This document shows, one piece after another, positions 12,436-24,665 of a DNA stretch of 64,000 nt; position 1 is the stretch's first letter; each line of letters begins with the position of its first letter. The stretch is from Carcharhinus longimanus. Taxonomy: Eukaryota. The stretch is taken from contig JASCQW010000112.1 in assembly GCA_030264375.1 (NCBI GenBank), positions 38,643,420 through 38,707,419 on the forward strand, given 5' to 3'. The notes below the pieces were generated by a model. The model was not told the origin of the DNA. It was given only the letters and a program-made list of their open reading frames with translations, and made no database searches. Made by a program: the position numbers and the translations under genes.

Positions 12436-12522
12436 GAACTTCGGGAGAAAAACTGGAAAGCAATGGAAGCATTGACATCAACTGAAAAAATGTTGCAGGA
12501 CAAAGTGAACAAGACAGCCAAG
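12436..12522 (+). CDS. KTN1: Kinectin 1 coding exon (87 nt, ELREKNWKAMEALTSTEKMLQDKVNKTAK)
   Basis: attag|GAA...AAG|gttgta. Near-identical to the recalled human DLREKNWEAMEALASTEKMLQDKVNKTSK. Confidence 0.95.
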
Positions 12523-13141
12523 GTTGTAATAAATGTGAAAATGTTTACAGTAGATAATTTCTGCTGCAATCTGAAAATCAAAATAACTTTAAATTTTTAA
12601 GACACTTGTACCTAACCATTCCACACTGCTTGATCTGCTCCTTTCCTGGATCTTTGATTTTGTGTATGCATGTCTGTTTTGTTGGTCTCGTTTTAAATTT
12701 AACGTATAGGATCTTATGCTGTTTTGCTTGCCAGTTTTTGTTTGTTGCCCTCCTTGGGCTCATTCTTCCTTTATCTTTTTTCCTTTTTCCCCATTTGCCG
12801 CCTCTTCTGCCACCCCATCATCCTAAGACAGTCAACTAGTGAGCGTGCTTCCAGGCCTTTGCCAATTTTGCTCTGTAACTGGCTGCTTGGAGGTGTATGA
12901 AGGATACTCCTGTGCTTTTTGTCCCCTTTCCTCTCACTGGGCAAACATCTCCCCGAAGTACTTCCCCAGTGCACAGCGGAGGAAAGAAAAGGTCAAGGGT
13001 GAGATTGGCACCACTGTTATTGTGGCATGGTGTATTGATATACCAGTGTGCTGTGCCACTGCTTGCTTGCTTGCTAGCCACTTCAGCCGCACAAAGTAAT
13101 GAATTATTAAGTGATCTCAATGTATTTGTCTTTTGAAACAG

Positions 13142-13231
13142 GAGAAAGACCAACAGGTTGTTGCTGTGCAGTCACTGACTAGAGATGTCCTGAAGAAACT
13201 GTTTCCCAGAGTTTTGGTGACTTCTACTTCG
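13142..13231 (+). CDS. KTN1: Kinectin 1 coding exon (90 nt, EKDQQVVAVQSLTRDVLKKLFPRVLVTSTS)
   Basis: aaacag|GAG...TCG|gtaatt. VLKKLFP motif. Confidence 0.95.
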
Positions 13232-14188
13232 GTAATTGTTATTTATTTAATGTGTATAAAACCACATGTGCTTGTCAAACATTCTGACTCCTGCCAAATA
13301 GCCCACGCATGTGCAAAAATCTGATGTCACTCTTTTGCACTCAACCCAAGACTGCCAGTACCCCTCTGAGACTGCACAGTGACACTCGTAAGCCCATGTG
13401 CAGTCCTCCCATGTTCTATAAATACTGCACGTGCAGTTTGAAACCGGAGAAAATTCATATGCAGGAAAAACTGCAATTAAGTGGATTGCAATCTGGGACT
13501 CCAGTTTCCAGCCTATTTAATATATTTGTCTGTTGGGGTTAAGCATGTGACACTGCAATTTGAAATAATTGGTTGAATATAGATAAAGTTTTTTTCTGTG
13601 TAGTGGATTTGATACGCTTGTGCTAACTTTATAGAGCTATTAAGGACAGATTAAAAAGATGCTGCCACCTAAAACACAACTATGATGATTTGAGCAGCAT
13701 CAAGTTTAGTCCTGGCCACTGTCTACTTTGTAATTCGCAATGGCATCAGGGAGTACGCACTCTGTGTATGCACAAAGTTTGCAGCAAACTTTGGCCAAAT
13801 GAGCAAGAATAATTCAAATCAAAATTTTGGTGTTTTTTTAATTTCTCCTTTTGAGCTTCTTTAGGATATTTTGTTTCTGGCAAATGTACTTTGTACGCTT
13901 TGTCAGTTCATAAATGAGATATAATGAAATGCTCTTTTGTCTTGAAACCTTGGTCAGTTTATAAGCACCATCATTAGTTTCCTGTCTTGATCTAGAGTGC
14001 AAAATCTACATTGAGGCAAATTCGGGACCGGACTCAAAACTAGCTGCTTTTGTGAAATAAAGTTTTTATAAGGCGTTATTAGGAAAACTGTAGTATGTTT
14101 GACTTCAGTGTGAATTCTGACTTGTGCTTCATAAAACAGAAGAATTAATTTCTCCCCCAGTATGTAAAGCAACTGTTTATGTTTATAG

Positions 14189-14266
14189 GAATATTCGGAG
14201 TGGCTGCAGGAGTTTGAGATTGCAGCACAAAAGACTTTGTCTTCATTGATAGCAGAGGAAAGAAAG
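14189..14266 (+). CDS. KTN1: Kinectin 1 coding exon (78 nt, EYSEWLQEFEIAAQKTLSSLIAEERK)
   Basis: ttatag|GAA...AAG|gtttgc. YxEWL motif. Confidence 0.92.
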
Positions 14267-14806
14267 GTTTGCATATTTAGAAACTATATTCTGGGAAAAG
14301 ATAATTTGTATTATAGAAAAATATGCTTTTTTAAAAATTTTTTTTTCTTTCTTATACACATTACCCCTAAAGATTTCTGGCCAGCATTTGAGTTAGCAAA
14401 TGGAATTATGTGGGAATGTTCATTGATAGTAGCAAAATTAGTATGACAAATATGAAACTGATGGAAATATTCATTACATTCTTTAGATAAATGTTAAAAG
14501 GGGAGATGTGAACGAGCAAATTAGTTCACTGGTATTTGAATTATCTCAACTTTGAAAGCATTTTTAAATAATTTGCCCGACCTTCTGTGTAATATCTGGC
14601 GCAGAGATCTTCAATGCCTCCTACCCCATCAGAGGGGAAGAGTTATGAGGTTTGTGCAGAAAAGTCCCTGCTCCTGTTCAATAGATGCTAATTAATAAAG
14701 CAGTAAACTCCTGGCAGCTTTTGTCGAGCTCTCTGAATGAAGATTAAGAATGAAGATTATTTCATTAAAAATAGCAACAGAGAGGAACTTGATCATCCGT
14801 GTTATC

Positions 14807-15125
14807 CATAAAATCATAAAATCCTACAGTGCAGAGGTGGTGATTTGGCCTGTAGCATCTGCACCCATCACAATCCCACCCAGGCCCTATCCCCATAACC
14901 CTATACATTTACCCTAGCTAATAACCTTGACATTTAGGGGCAATTTAGCATGGCCACACCACCTAACCCACACATCTTTGGCCTACGGAAGGAAACCGGA
15001 GCACCTGGAGAAAACCCACACAGGCACAGGGAGGATGTACAAACTCCACATAGACAGTAACCCCAGGAATCAAATCCAGACCCCAGGCATTGTGAGGCGG
15101 CAGTGCTAGCCACTGTGCCACCATC
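14807..15125 (-). mobile_element. HE1-type V-SINE
   Basis: tRNA-like head (gcacagtggctagcactgc), V-domain core (ggtgctccggtttcct) and CR1-like tail on the minus strand. Confidence 0.88.
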
Positions 15126-16110
15126 TTTTGACCAGAATGAAACTTAATTTGGGGTGCTATAAAATATTGAAACTTTGGTGTGATCTGCACATAGTTTTCA
15201 ATCACATACTTAAACTCTTCAGTGGGCTGCTACTTTTGATTTCTGCTAGGTGAAAATGAAGGACACATTCAACCCTATCCTTATTACAAAAGATGTAGAA
15301 GTAAGGAAGAATGTGTCTTTATTTTGAGGGGATGGGGGGGTGGTGAAATGGTGGTAGTTATAAACAAATTTCATTTGCCAGTGCCCTTGGAAAGTCTAAT
15401 GACTTTTACTGTCAGAATTTAGTTTTAAAATTTTCATGGTATGTTGTTCCTGTTTGGCTCTTTGCAGCTTTGGACAGAGTTAACATCACAATCCTCCTTC
15501 AGTGTTTTCCCTTTGTTACCAAGCTCTTTGGTACAAGATAGGTACCCCCTTGTTTGGTTTCATAAACTATTGAATTGTAGCCAGAGAATTAAGTCAGCAA
15601 CACATTCTCTTCCCACTTGCCACCGCCATCTTTTGAAGCCTTCGTGTTCCATCCTTGCTGTCTTCCTCTTTTCTGTGTGATACTTTCCAGATATTAGGAA
15701 GCTCCCCTGTTAACCCTTCTGCTGATGCTTTGTTCACTCAACATTCAAACTTGGATAAATCTTTGTTTCATTAGCTGAACATTGGAAAGATTGAAGCCAT
15801 TATATTCCATCAAAAGTCCTATATGTCCTGCACTGATTTTAAAAACCCCCAATCATGAAGTTTGCTTCATGAATTTTCTTCTTTCATTTTTAACCTATTG
15901 AAAGAATAGATACCAGCTATCCAGCTCCCACTTTTGAGAAAATTCCCCCTAAACACCCCTATCTGCTGACCACCTTATTGTCCTTTTAAAATGCACATTT
16001 TTGAGCATTTAGTCACCCTTTTTAATTTTTCCTTCTTTGGCTTGACATCTGTTTTTCCTCGGATCTATTTGAAGATCTTTAAGATGTCTACCTGTTATTT
16101 CGTCATCTAG

Positions 16111-16200
16111 GTCATGGAACACAAAGAAAAGGAAGGTGAGGAGGTGCATGCAATGTTGCAATTAGAATGTGAAAAGTACAAGACAGTACTGGCTGAAACA
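16111..16200 (+). CDS. KTN1: Kinectin 1 coding exon (90 nt, VMEHKEKEGEEVHAMLQLECEKYKTVLAET)
   Basis: atctag|GTC...ACA|gtaagt. LQLECEKYKxVLAET matches KTN1 rather than RRBP1. Confidence 0.96.
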
Positions 16201-16288
16201 GTAAGTTTCATAGTTTTTTTTTCCGAGCAGAGTTTGGTCTTAAATATTTTTTTCCCTGAAATTAAAATTTCTAATGGTATTACCACAG

Positions 16289-16381
16289 GAAGGAATTTTG
16301 CAGAGGTTGCAAAGCAGCGTTGAAGAGGAAGAAGGCAAATGGAAATTGAAATTGGAAGAATCCCAGAAGGCGTTGATGCAG
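16289..16381 (+). CDS. KTN1: Kinectin 1 coding exon (93 nt, EGILQRLQSSVEEEEGKWKLKLEESQKALMQ)
   Basis: ccacag|GAA...CAG|gtaacc. Confidence 0.96.
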
Positions 16382-17161
16382 GTAACCAGCGTATGCATTT
16401 ATATGCATCATTTGCTAGATTATTCACTGGAGAGAAGAACTAATGAATTGGAGGAAATGTTTAGAGCTACTTCACACACTGAATTTTTTTTCCTCGAGTT
16501 AAGACTGTAGTACACAATTAATAGGTCAGCCTTCGCGTGACTCTTAGGACAAAGAAAGCAGTGTAGCCAAGAAAGTCAATACAAACCATCAGGCTGTACC
16601 ATGTAGTTTTCCACATTTCAACTAGAAAAGTCCCCTTCATAAAGCTTTCTCTGGTGCTTTTCCCCATCTGTTGTTGAAAACCTTTTTAAGTATGGCAGCC
16701 TTTTAACATCCAGATTCATTTTGCCAATACATAGCAAATAGATATGTTGATTCCTTGTTTCACAATCTGGGACTTTTTTTTGGAGGAGGAAGAGGAAACT
16801 AGAAGGAAAGTAAATCTTTTCTGACAGGACTATGTGGACCTGAAAATATCTCTGCATCGCTCTGAATAATCTTATCCATTCTGGTCCTGCTTCCCAAGCT
16901 GCTTGCATTTTTCAAAGACCAGTATTATTTTGCTTGCAATCATACAAATGATTGTTTTACTAGAATTAAAGCAAATCATTGGGATAGATTTCAGAAACCC
17001 TTAAGAGAATCTGGAAAGCAAAACAATGCTGAGGATTCTGCTCTTTCTTGCTGTGCATGAAATTTCTCTTTTGATTATGCAAGTAAAAGAGCACTGAAAC
17101 AATTCTTTAGAAATATGCATTTTCCCTCCTCATTGTTAATGTTCTGTATGTTACATTCCAG

Positions 17162-17233
17162 ATGCAATCATCAACACGCACGTTGGAACAAGAATTGGAA
17201 AAGGTGAAACGTGAAAACACAGAAGCTGAAAGT
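17162..17233 (+). CDS. KTN1: Kinectin 1 coding exon (72 nt, MQSSTRTLEQELEKVKRENTEAES)
   Basis: ttccag|ATG...AGT|gtaggt. Matches the human MQSS...EQELE exon. Confidence 0.93.
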
Positions 17234-18904
17234 GTAGGTGAATGTTATTATATGCATGAGAAGCAAAAGCAGTCACCTTCATCGATTTTTTTTTTTTCTG
17301 CATATGGAGGAATTTTCATTTGTATTGTACTATACAAAGAATCGTGGCTTTACTGGGGGGCAAGGTCTCCAAAGATGGAGATGGAGTTAGTGAGGAAATT
17401 GATGACTGCAGAAGTATGTCAGCATGTTAAATCAAGCAGTTGAATCTGAAAGAAACTGTAAATGATTTAGAGAATTTATTCTGGGGACACGTTCAGAAAT
17501 AAGACAGTGAAATCTGCAAGAGAGAAGCCCAGGTGTGTTTAATTGGAAATTGACATCAGGTTGGAAGCTGCCCCTTGTTGTGACAGGAAAGTAAGTTGGA
17601 TATCAGAGAAATTTGAGATGTGGTTTGATATTTGGTGATAGGGAATGAGGATTTCCTTTTAAAGTGTGTGGTGTTAAGACAGGTGCTCTGAGAGCAGGTC
17701 AGAGTAATAGTTGTCATTAGCGATACAGGCTGGCTACTTGGTACATAGTATAGCCCAATGGTTTAATTGGATGGAAAGATCATCAAGAAGGATAAGAAGG
17801 CTGGGTTTTCTACTTTAAAGGAGGCAGTGATTTTTTTTTTTCCTTATGAATAATGGGAGGGCTGAGTATAATTGTGACTTTTATTGAAAGGGTAATCCAA
17901 GCCTCAGACTTTGGATCAAGGCTCAAGACAGTGGCAGAGGAGTAGGAATACAAAAAGACAGTAGCAGATTGAGATAAGAGCTTTTGGGATAGTTTGTCAA
18001 GTGGGGAAGTAAAAGTTGGAGGTGTAACAGGAAGACTGAAGAACTTGTGGGATGTGTCGACAAAAGAGACCAAATACCTTCAAATGTTTTTGGAGAACTC
18101 ATTGAGTCTGTAATAAATTAATTGAGTGGTAGAAAGTTTGAGTTACTATTTTGTGGTAACTGCAGGAGAACTTCCAGAATACAGTGGGTGTTTGAAGGTT
18201 TGAACAATAAACTCTGAAAATAACTTTCCCTGCCAGAATCCTATCACCAAAGCAATAATAAACAGATGGTAAATTTTAAACCGTGTAGTTGTACCATATG
18301 TCCAGTGAACTAGGGAACAGAATGTCATTGTATGGTGACGTATATGTTGCAGAAAAGGTTGGTGCAACGCTTTGAGGTTGACTTCAATAGAACTATTATA
18401 AAATTGTCCTCTTTTGAGGCTAGGTATGAGGTTAAGCATTGAGGAAATATAAATGGATAGGCACGTAAATGCAATTGTGACCAATCAAGAGGGTTAGCCT
18501 TTTCTGGTTGCAATTTTTTTCAGGGTTTAATTGATCTATGATGGGACTGGCTGGATTTTCTACAATGAGCTGAAATGGATTTGATTGGCCAAAATACCAC
18601 ATTCTGTGCTGTTACTGACCCATTTTAATTAGGGGTCGTCATCTGAAGGGTCCTGACTTAATTGACAGATCATTTGGTTTCTTGCCCATTGGGCTCAGTG
18701 AGACCTAGACAATTTGTCCTCCATGTTCTCCCGTCTGTGTTTAACATCTGGTTTTCAAGACAAGCCACGTCATGTAATTAAAAATCTATTTTTCTATGAA
18801 CTGAACTGAGGTGGTTTGGTATTTACCATTCTGAACTGTTATTGGTAAACCACCATAAAATTAATACTGTTAATATTGAAACCAATCTAATGTGCTTTTT
18901 GCAG

Positions 18905-18988
18905 CTTAGAAAACAAAGCAATCACCTTGCATCTGAGTTGGAAAAGGTGGAATCAGAAAGAGCCACTTGTGTAACTGAAGTCAGAGAA
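18905..18988 (+). CDS. KTN1: Kinectin 1 coding exon (84 nt, LRKQSNHLASELEKVESERATCVTEVRE)
   Basis: tttgcag|CTT...GAA|gtatgt. VTEVRE motif. Confidence 0.94.
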
Positions 18989-19062
18989 GTATGTCTTAAC
19001 ATTCTGACATTTTTCACAACTTTACAACAGTCCTTACAATTACAACCTATAATTTTAGAAAT

Positions 19063-19394
19063 TAAACAAAACTGAATGGGTGATGGCCTTAGATTTAATT
19101 GTGTTTAGAAGTTACTTCCAGTACACAACAATCAGGAAGTTCTGAGCCTTGACTTAGTGTAAGCATTTACAGTCCCAGGAACAGTTCAGATTGGATTTTA
19201 AATTTTGTTTCAGTAAACCAAACTGAATGAGGGCCTTAGATTTTTTTTTTAAGTGTTGTGTTTAGAAGTTGCTTCCAGTACACAACAATCAGGAAGCCTT
19301 GAGCCTTGCCTTGAGCCTTTACCAATCTCTCAGCCTAATTTAAATATTTACAGCCCCAGGAACAGTTTAAATTGGATTTTAAACTTCATTGCAG
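19063..19394. repeat. Intronic tandem duplication (units ~150 and ~180 bp)
   Basis: Two copies of aactgaatg..ggccttagatt..gtgtttagaagtt.cttccagtacacaacaatcaggaag..ccaggaacagtt..attggattttaaa..cag. Confidence 0.9.
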
Positions 19395-19478
19395 CTCAAA
19401 GTTCTATTGACTGAGTTACAGAAAAAACTTGATGATTCTTGTGCTGAAGCAATAAAGCAGAATGAAGAACTAAATTTG
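19395..19478 (+). CDS. KTN1: Kinectin 1 coding exon (84 nt, LKVLLTELQKKLDDSCAEAIKQNEELNL)
   Basis: ttgcag|CTC...TTG|gtaaga. LLTELQKKLDDS motif. Confidence 0.95.
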
Positions 19479-20553
19479 GTAAGAAATTCCTTGCAACTAT
19501 TTTCAAAACCTTGCCAAAAGATGCTTATTAAAAATTATGGCAGCTAATAGAAGTGCCCTGTACTAACTTGCCTCATAATTAATATATCAATAACCAAGTG
19601 TCTTAGTCATTTCTAACTTCTAAAATGAGCTTGTCTTCAACCTGTGACATCTATGTAAACTTTTTAATGTTAATAAAATTCGCATCTCTAACAATGCATT
19701 TAATATAACCAAGATGTAATACAATGTCCGTTTAAACAAAATAGTTTTTGTAATGCAATGAAGAAGATAATTTGGAGAATTTCAACATGAGCTGGAATTT
19801 GACAATTAATTTAAGCCTGGGCAGAAAGGAAGTGGCATTTTTCTGGTTCAGTAATTCATTCTAAAACTAAATTTAAGATTTGCATTAGCTCATTCTTTTT
19901 TAAAAAGAATTGCGAGATGTGGCTTCAATAAATAGGATTCTGCTTTTGATGACTTCTCCTTCGGCTTGCTTCCCATTCTGATGTAATTTTTGAAAAGTGT
20001 AGATGGAGAGAATCATAGCCAAAAGGCCCCACTTTCAATCGTCTTGCTCATCCTTTTTTAAATTTCTCAGGACCTGGGCGTCACTGGTTCAGCCAGCATT
20101 TATTGCCCATCTCTAATTGCCCACGAAAAGGTAGCAGTGAGCTGCTGCAATCTGTGTGCAGATAAACCCACTGTGTGAGGAAGGGAATCTGTCTGATTCT
20201 GATCCTGATCCCGATCCCTATTAGGGATGGATAATACAACAGTTCAGTTTTTCTATTTTGATTTACAGTGGGGGATATTAGACAAGGTTTGTACTAGTTT
20301 TGCTTTTTGGGAACTCCTACTGAGGTACACAAATGGAACTGTGAGAGCAGACCAGGTTTGTCTTGATTTCCCCTAGTCTGAATAAACTGATGCTTGCTGT
20401 TTTGGGTCATACAAGAAGAACGGTCCCTCGAAATACTGATTGTTGGGCACCTATTGACCTTAATTCAGCAAGAAGTCAATGCTTGCTGACAGGGTGAAGG
20501 ACAAAATTGTCAGAAAATAAAACACCACAATTGTGTTTTGTTTGTATTTGCAG

Positions 20554-20637
20554 CTTAAAACTCAACTAACTGAAACATTAGCGAAACTGAAGACTGAACA
20601 GAATGAGGCACAGAATGTGGTTTCCAACCTACATAAG
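20554..20637 (+). CDS. KTN1: Kinectin 1 coding exon (84 nt, LKTQLTETLAKLKTEQNEAQNVVSNLHK)
   Basis: tttgcag|CTT...AAG|gtaaga. Confidence 0.94.
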
Positions 20638-20849
20638 GTAAGATACTATATTTGCTGCATCAAAAACAGTGAATGTAGTTAAGACCAGCCTCCTGTATAA
20701 ATCTATAAGCATTTTTTTGAGCCTGTCCAATTGTTTATTTTTGCTTTTAAATCGGCAGTTTTTAACTTGTATTCATAGGTTCCTAAACGTAATCTTCAAT
20801 GCAACTTGAGCATCATTTAAATAAGAACTGATAGAAAATATACAAACAA

Positions 20850-21390
20850 AGCTCTGTCACTGTTTCATTTCTAGAGGAATAGATTTGAAAAAACAGGGAA
20901 ACTATGTTAAACTTGTGTAGAACATTGGTTAGAGCAGATTTAGGTCTGGAATAAATATTGCAAAATAGAAACTGTGGAGGTGGTACAAAAAAGATTTGGA
21001 TAAATGGTACTAAAACTAAAATATTAAAAAAGACTGAGGCTTGATGCTCTTTTCGAAAGATGGGTGATCTAATTGAGGTCACTAAAAATTATGAAGGGGT
21101 TTTACAGGGTAGATGTAACTATGATTTTTATGGGAGAGCCCAACACCAGTGGCTATAAATAATCTGGTAAAATGCTCAAGAAAAACCTCTTGGGATTAAA
21201 ATGTGGAACTGGTTCTCAGGATACAAGTACTTGAGGCAAATAGCTTTCATTCTTTAAGGGGCATATTAATAAGCACATGAGGGAGATGAGCATACAGCTA
21301 AGAAGTTTGATAATGTAGAGTAGAAGGCAGGCTCACTTGAAGTGTAAACACTGGCCTATCCATTGGGCTAAGTAGCCTGTTGCTGTTCTA
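20850..21390 (+). mobile_element. Old CR1 3' fragment
   Basis: ggtgatctaattgaggtc..attatgaagggg (GDLIEV..IMKG) and a decayed tail. Confidence 0.7.
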
Positions 21391-21675
21391 TAAATACTCT
21401 TTAGGGAGAACATTTATTAACACTACTTGGAAGTGACAAAGGAGAAGGGAAAATTTATAAGAGCACTTCTATTTTTTGTGTCACTGTAGCAGAAACTTCC
21501 CTACACTTTAGGTTTTGATTGAGCAGATTGAAAGCATTACTTGACCTGTATAATAGAGCAGACTTAATCTTAACTGTTAATTCACATTCCATAACTGCAC
21601 CCTTTCCTTTTCAGTGTTATTTTTTAAAAAATGGCTTTCTCGTCTATTAAAGTTTTAGAATATTCTATTTTGCAG

Positions 21676-21768
21676 GCTCAAGAATCTCTGAATGTTATTC
21701 AGGAAGAAATAGCAAGAACCCAAAGAGCTGACAATGCTATAGATAATAGCAACATTTCGGAAGTGAAG
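21676..21768 (+). CDS. KTN1: Kinectin 1 coding exon (93 nt, AQESLNVIQEEIARTQRADNAIDNSNISEVK)
   Basis: tttgcag|GCT...AAG|gtgtgt. Resembles the human AQQSLELIQSKI exon. Confidence 0.9.
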
Positions 21769-22861
21769 GTGTGTATGATTAAAACAAAACAAAAACCATT
21801 TGCTTAACATACGACAAAAGATAGTCATACAGTTTTGTTTTCCAGTCAGTCAGTATTGTTGATCAAGTTAATATGCAACTAGCCAAGTTGGCTCCTCTTG
21901 GAACTGAGTTCAAGTTAAACTTATGCCTTGTGAATTTTCGTTGATGATATTTCACATCAAGATTTATCTATGTCTGATTGTTGCTTGGAACAGGCATTCA
22001 TTCCTCTGAGCTTTTTATAGACATCAATGCATGTCTGACAGGGAAACTTCCCTAGCCTCAGTTCTGAATTGACATCAGTATCGTTTAATTCTTTGAAAGT
22101 CACCATATTCACAAATGAGTAAATTAACTTTATTGATCATTTAAATTATCTGTTTCATATCCTGTGAAGATAACAATAATGCTCTATGAAAAAAAAATGA
22201 CAAGTGAGCAATCTTTGTTCACACTGAATTGTGTCTTATTTAGGATTGATCTTAAGTGTTTTATAAGTAAGTGGACATTGTGTTTTGTTGCTAATAGTAA
22301 TCTCAATCAGAATTGTTACAGTGTAGGAGGAGGCCATTTGGCTAGTTGTGGGCAAGAGAATGTAATTGGGAGATTTTTGTTGTAATTTGAGACATTTTGG
22401 TGATGTTTTAGGACTGGGGAACTGTTGTGCAAGGTTGGTGGATAAATAATTGAAAGATTGCAACTTACAGGGTTGATGAATACTGGAGTTTGTGACTGTC
22501 CCAAAGTTTAAAAGTTCCACTGATATTTAGATGTTAACAATAACAGATATGGAGTTTAAGATGCAGTTTTTCCATTATAAATAGTATTGTAGGTTAGCAT
22601 GTGCAGTTTGATACTTGTAGTTTTTAAACAGACATTACTCAGGCATAAGAAATGTGACATTGTGAAATGAAATTCAGTTGATGGCTGGGGAGCACATACA
22701 TCTGCAGGCAAGAGGAATAGGGGTAAAGTTATCAACTTTGGGAGGCTTGTGAATGAGTGAAATGCCCAATTCATGTGGGATAGAATGGAGAAAGGGAGCT
22801 CTGCGAGTGTAGGAGGAGAGGTTTGTTTGGAGGAAAGTAGCTGTCATAATATAAAGAAAAT

Positions 22862-23690
22862 ACAAAAGAACGTAAGAAATATGAGTAGGAGTAGGCCATC
22901 TAGCCCTTCGAGCCTGCCCTGCCATTCAATAAGACCATGGCTGATCTGAAGTGGGGTCAGTTTCCACTTTCCCGCTTTCTCTCCATAACCCTTAAGGATA
23001 ATTCCCTTGTCTATCAGAAATCTATCTACCTGTGACTTAAATATATTCAGCAAGGTAGCCTCCACTTTCAATGGGCAGTGAATTCCAGAGATTCACCACC
23101 CCTTGAGTGAAGAAGTTCCTCCTCAACTCCATTCTAAACTGCCCCTCCCTCCTCATTTTGAGGCTGTGCCCTCTAGTTCTGTTTCCCTTTCTAAGCGGGA
23201 AGAATCTCTCTACCTGTACCCTATCTAGCCCCTTCATTATCTTGTAAGTCTCTAAGATCCCCCCCTCAGCCTTCTAACTCTAATGAGTCCAGGCCCTGTC
23301 TATTCAATCTCTCTTCATAAGCTAACACCCTCATCTCTGGTATCAGNNNNNNNNNNNNNNNNNNNNNNNNNNNNNNNNNNNNNNNNNNNNNNNNNNNNNN
23401 NNNNNNNNNNNNNNNNNNNNNNNNNNNNNNNNNNNNNNNNNNNNNNNNNNNNNNNNNNNNNNNNNNNNNNNNNNNNNNNNNNNNNNNNNNNNNNNNNNNN
23501 NNNNNNNNNNNNNNNNNNNNNNNNNNNNNNNNNNNNNNNNNNNNNNNNNNNNNNNNNNNNNGCACAAGGACCCCCAGGTCCCTCTGCACTGTAGCATGCT
23601 GCAGCTTTTCACCCTTTAAATAATAATCCCTCCTACTACCAAAGTGGATAACCTCACATTTGCTCTACCAAAGTGGATAACCTCATGTAT
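22862..23690 (-). mobile_element. CR1 (HER1-like) LINE 3' fragment spanning an assembly gap
   Basis: MKGLDRV..TRGHSLK..RRNFFTQ..WNSLP on the minus strand, with a 3' UTR stem and tail. Confidence 0.9.
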
Positions 23691-24530
23691 GAACGATATC
23701 ATGCAAAACTGCTGAATTCTATCTAAATGTTTGTTTGTTATTTAGTCAGCAAGTTGGTTTACTTTTATTCTGTTCAGGCATTAAAGTTCTAATATTTTGA
23801 ACAGTGCTGTTGTATATACCATTTCTGATGGGAATACTTTGAATGCTACTTAACTTCAAATTGCAGGCAACTTAACTGTAGTCATGAAAATCTTAAGGAC
23901 TTTTCACTCCAATCTTCAGCTAGTTACACAGCTTCAGATCTGTTGCCATTGATAGGGAATGGTCTGCCTGCACCCATTGTTATTTTCTTAGCCTCTCCTC
24001 ATGGTCATGGGTGTACACATCCTTTCGATCAGCAAAACATGCTTATGTGAACAAGCTGCTTGCCTATCCCTTTGACCAGAGATTAGTCAGACCAATTGAT
24101 ATGTTACAGGAAATATTTCAATTAAGAACATTTTCACTCTTCACGCCCCTTTTTATATAAAACTGTGGTGTTTGGATAGAAAATCATGCTATGTATTTTG
24201 GTGTGGAAATTTGAGGGATTTTGCATAAAACCTTTGGCTTAACAATGGGACAGAGTACCTAATGCAATAAAAGGACAGGAAAAACTTCTGACAATTAACA
24301 ATGGATAGTTGACCTTAAATTTTGTGCAACAGGGATTAACTGAGTTTATGCAACTGCGTTTTACTCTTATTGTGTTACAATCCAGTCCATGTTACCCTTC
24401 TAGGATGTGGATGGACTTCTGTGTTCAGAGCTTAAAAATATAATCAGGAATATTGGATTGGAAGTGAGCTTATTGCATATTTGTAGCTTACTAAGTTTGT
24501 GCTAATTATGTCTTTTTTTTTCCTGAACAG

Positions 24531-24665
24531 TTAGACATCAAGAAAACATCTGTGGATCTTGATCAGAATATAATGCAACTGCAGCAACTAATAAGAACTC
24601 TTATTCTTCAGCTCTCAAAAGGAAGGGAAAATTCTCAACATGTTACTTTACAGTTTGAGCAAAAG
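24531..24665 (+). CDS. KTN1: Kinectin 1 penultimate coding exon (135 nt, LDIKKTSVDLDQNIMQLQQLIRTLILQLSKGRENSQHVTLQFEQK)
   Basis: T-tract, then gaacag|TTA...AAG|gtacaa. SVxLxQxxxQLQQL motif. Confidence 0.88.

Noticed and set aside
19080-19145. C/D-box snoRNA-like pattern (GTGATGG ... CTGA)
   Set aside because: Imperfect C box, no terminal stem, no recognisable guide, and the boxes are lost in the second copy.
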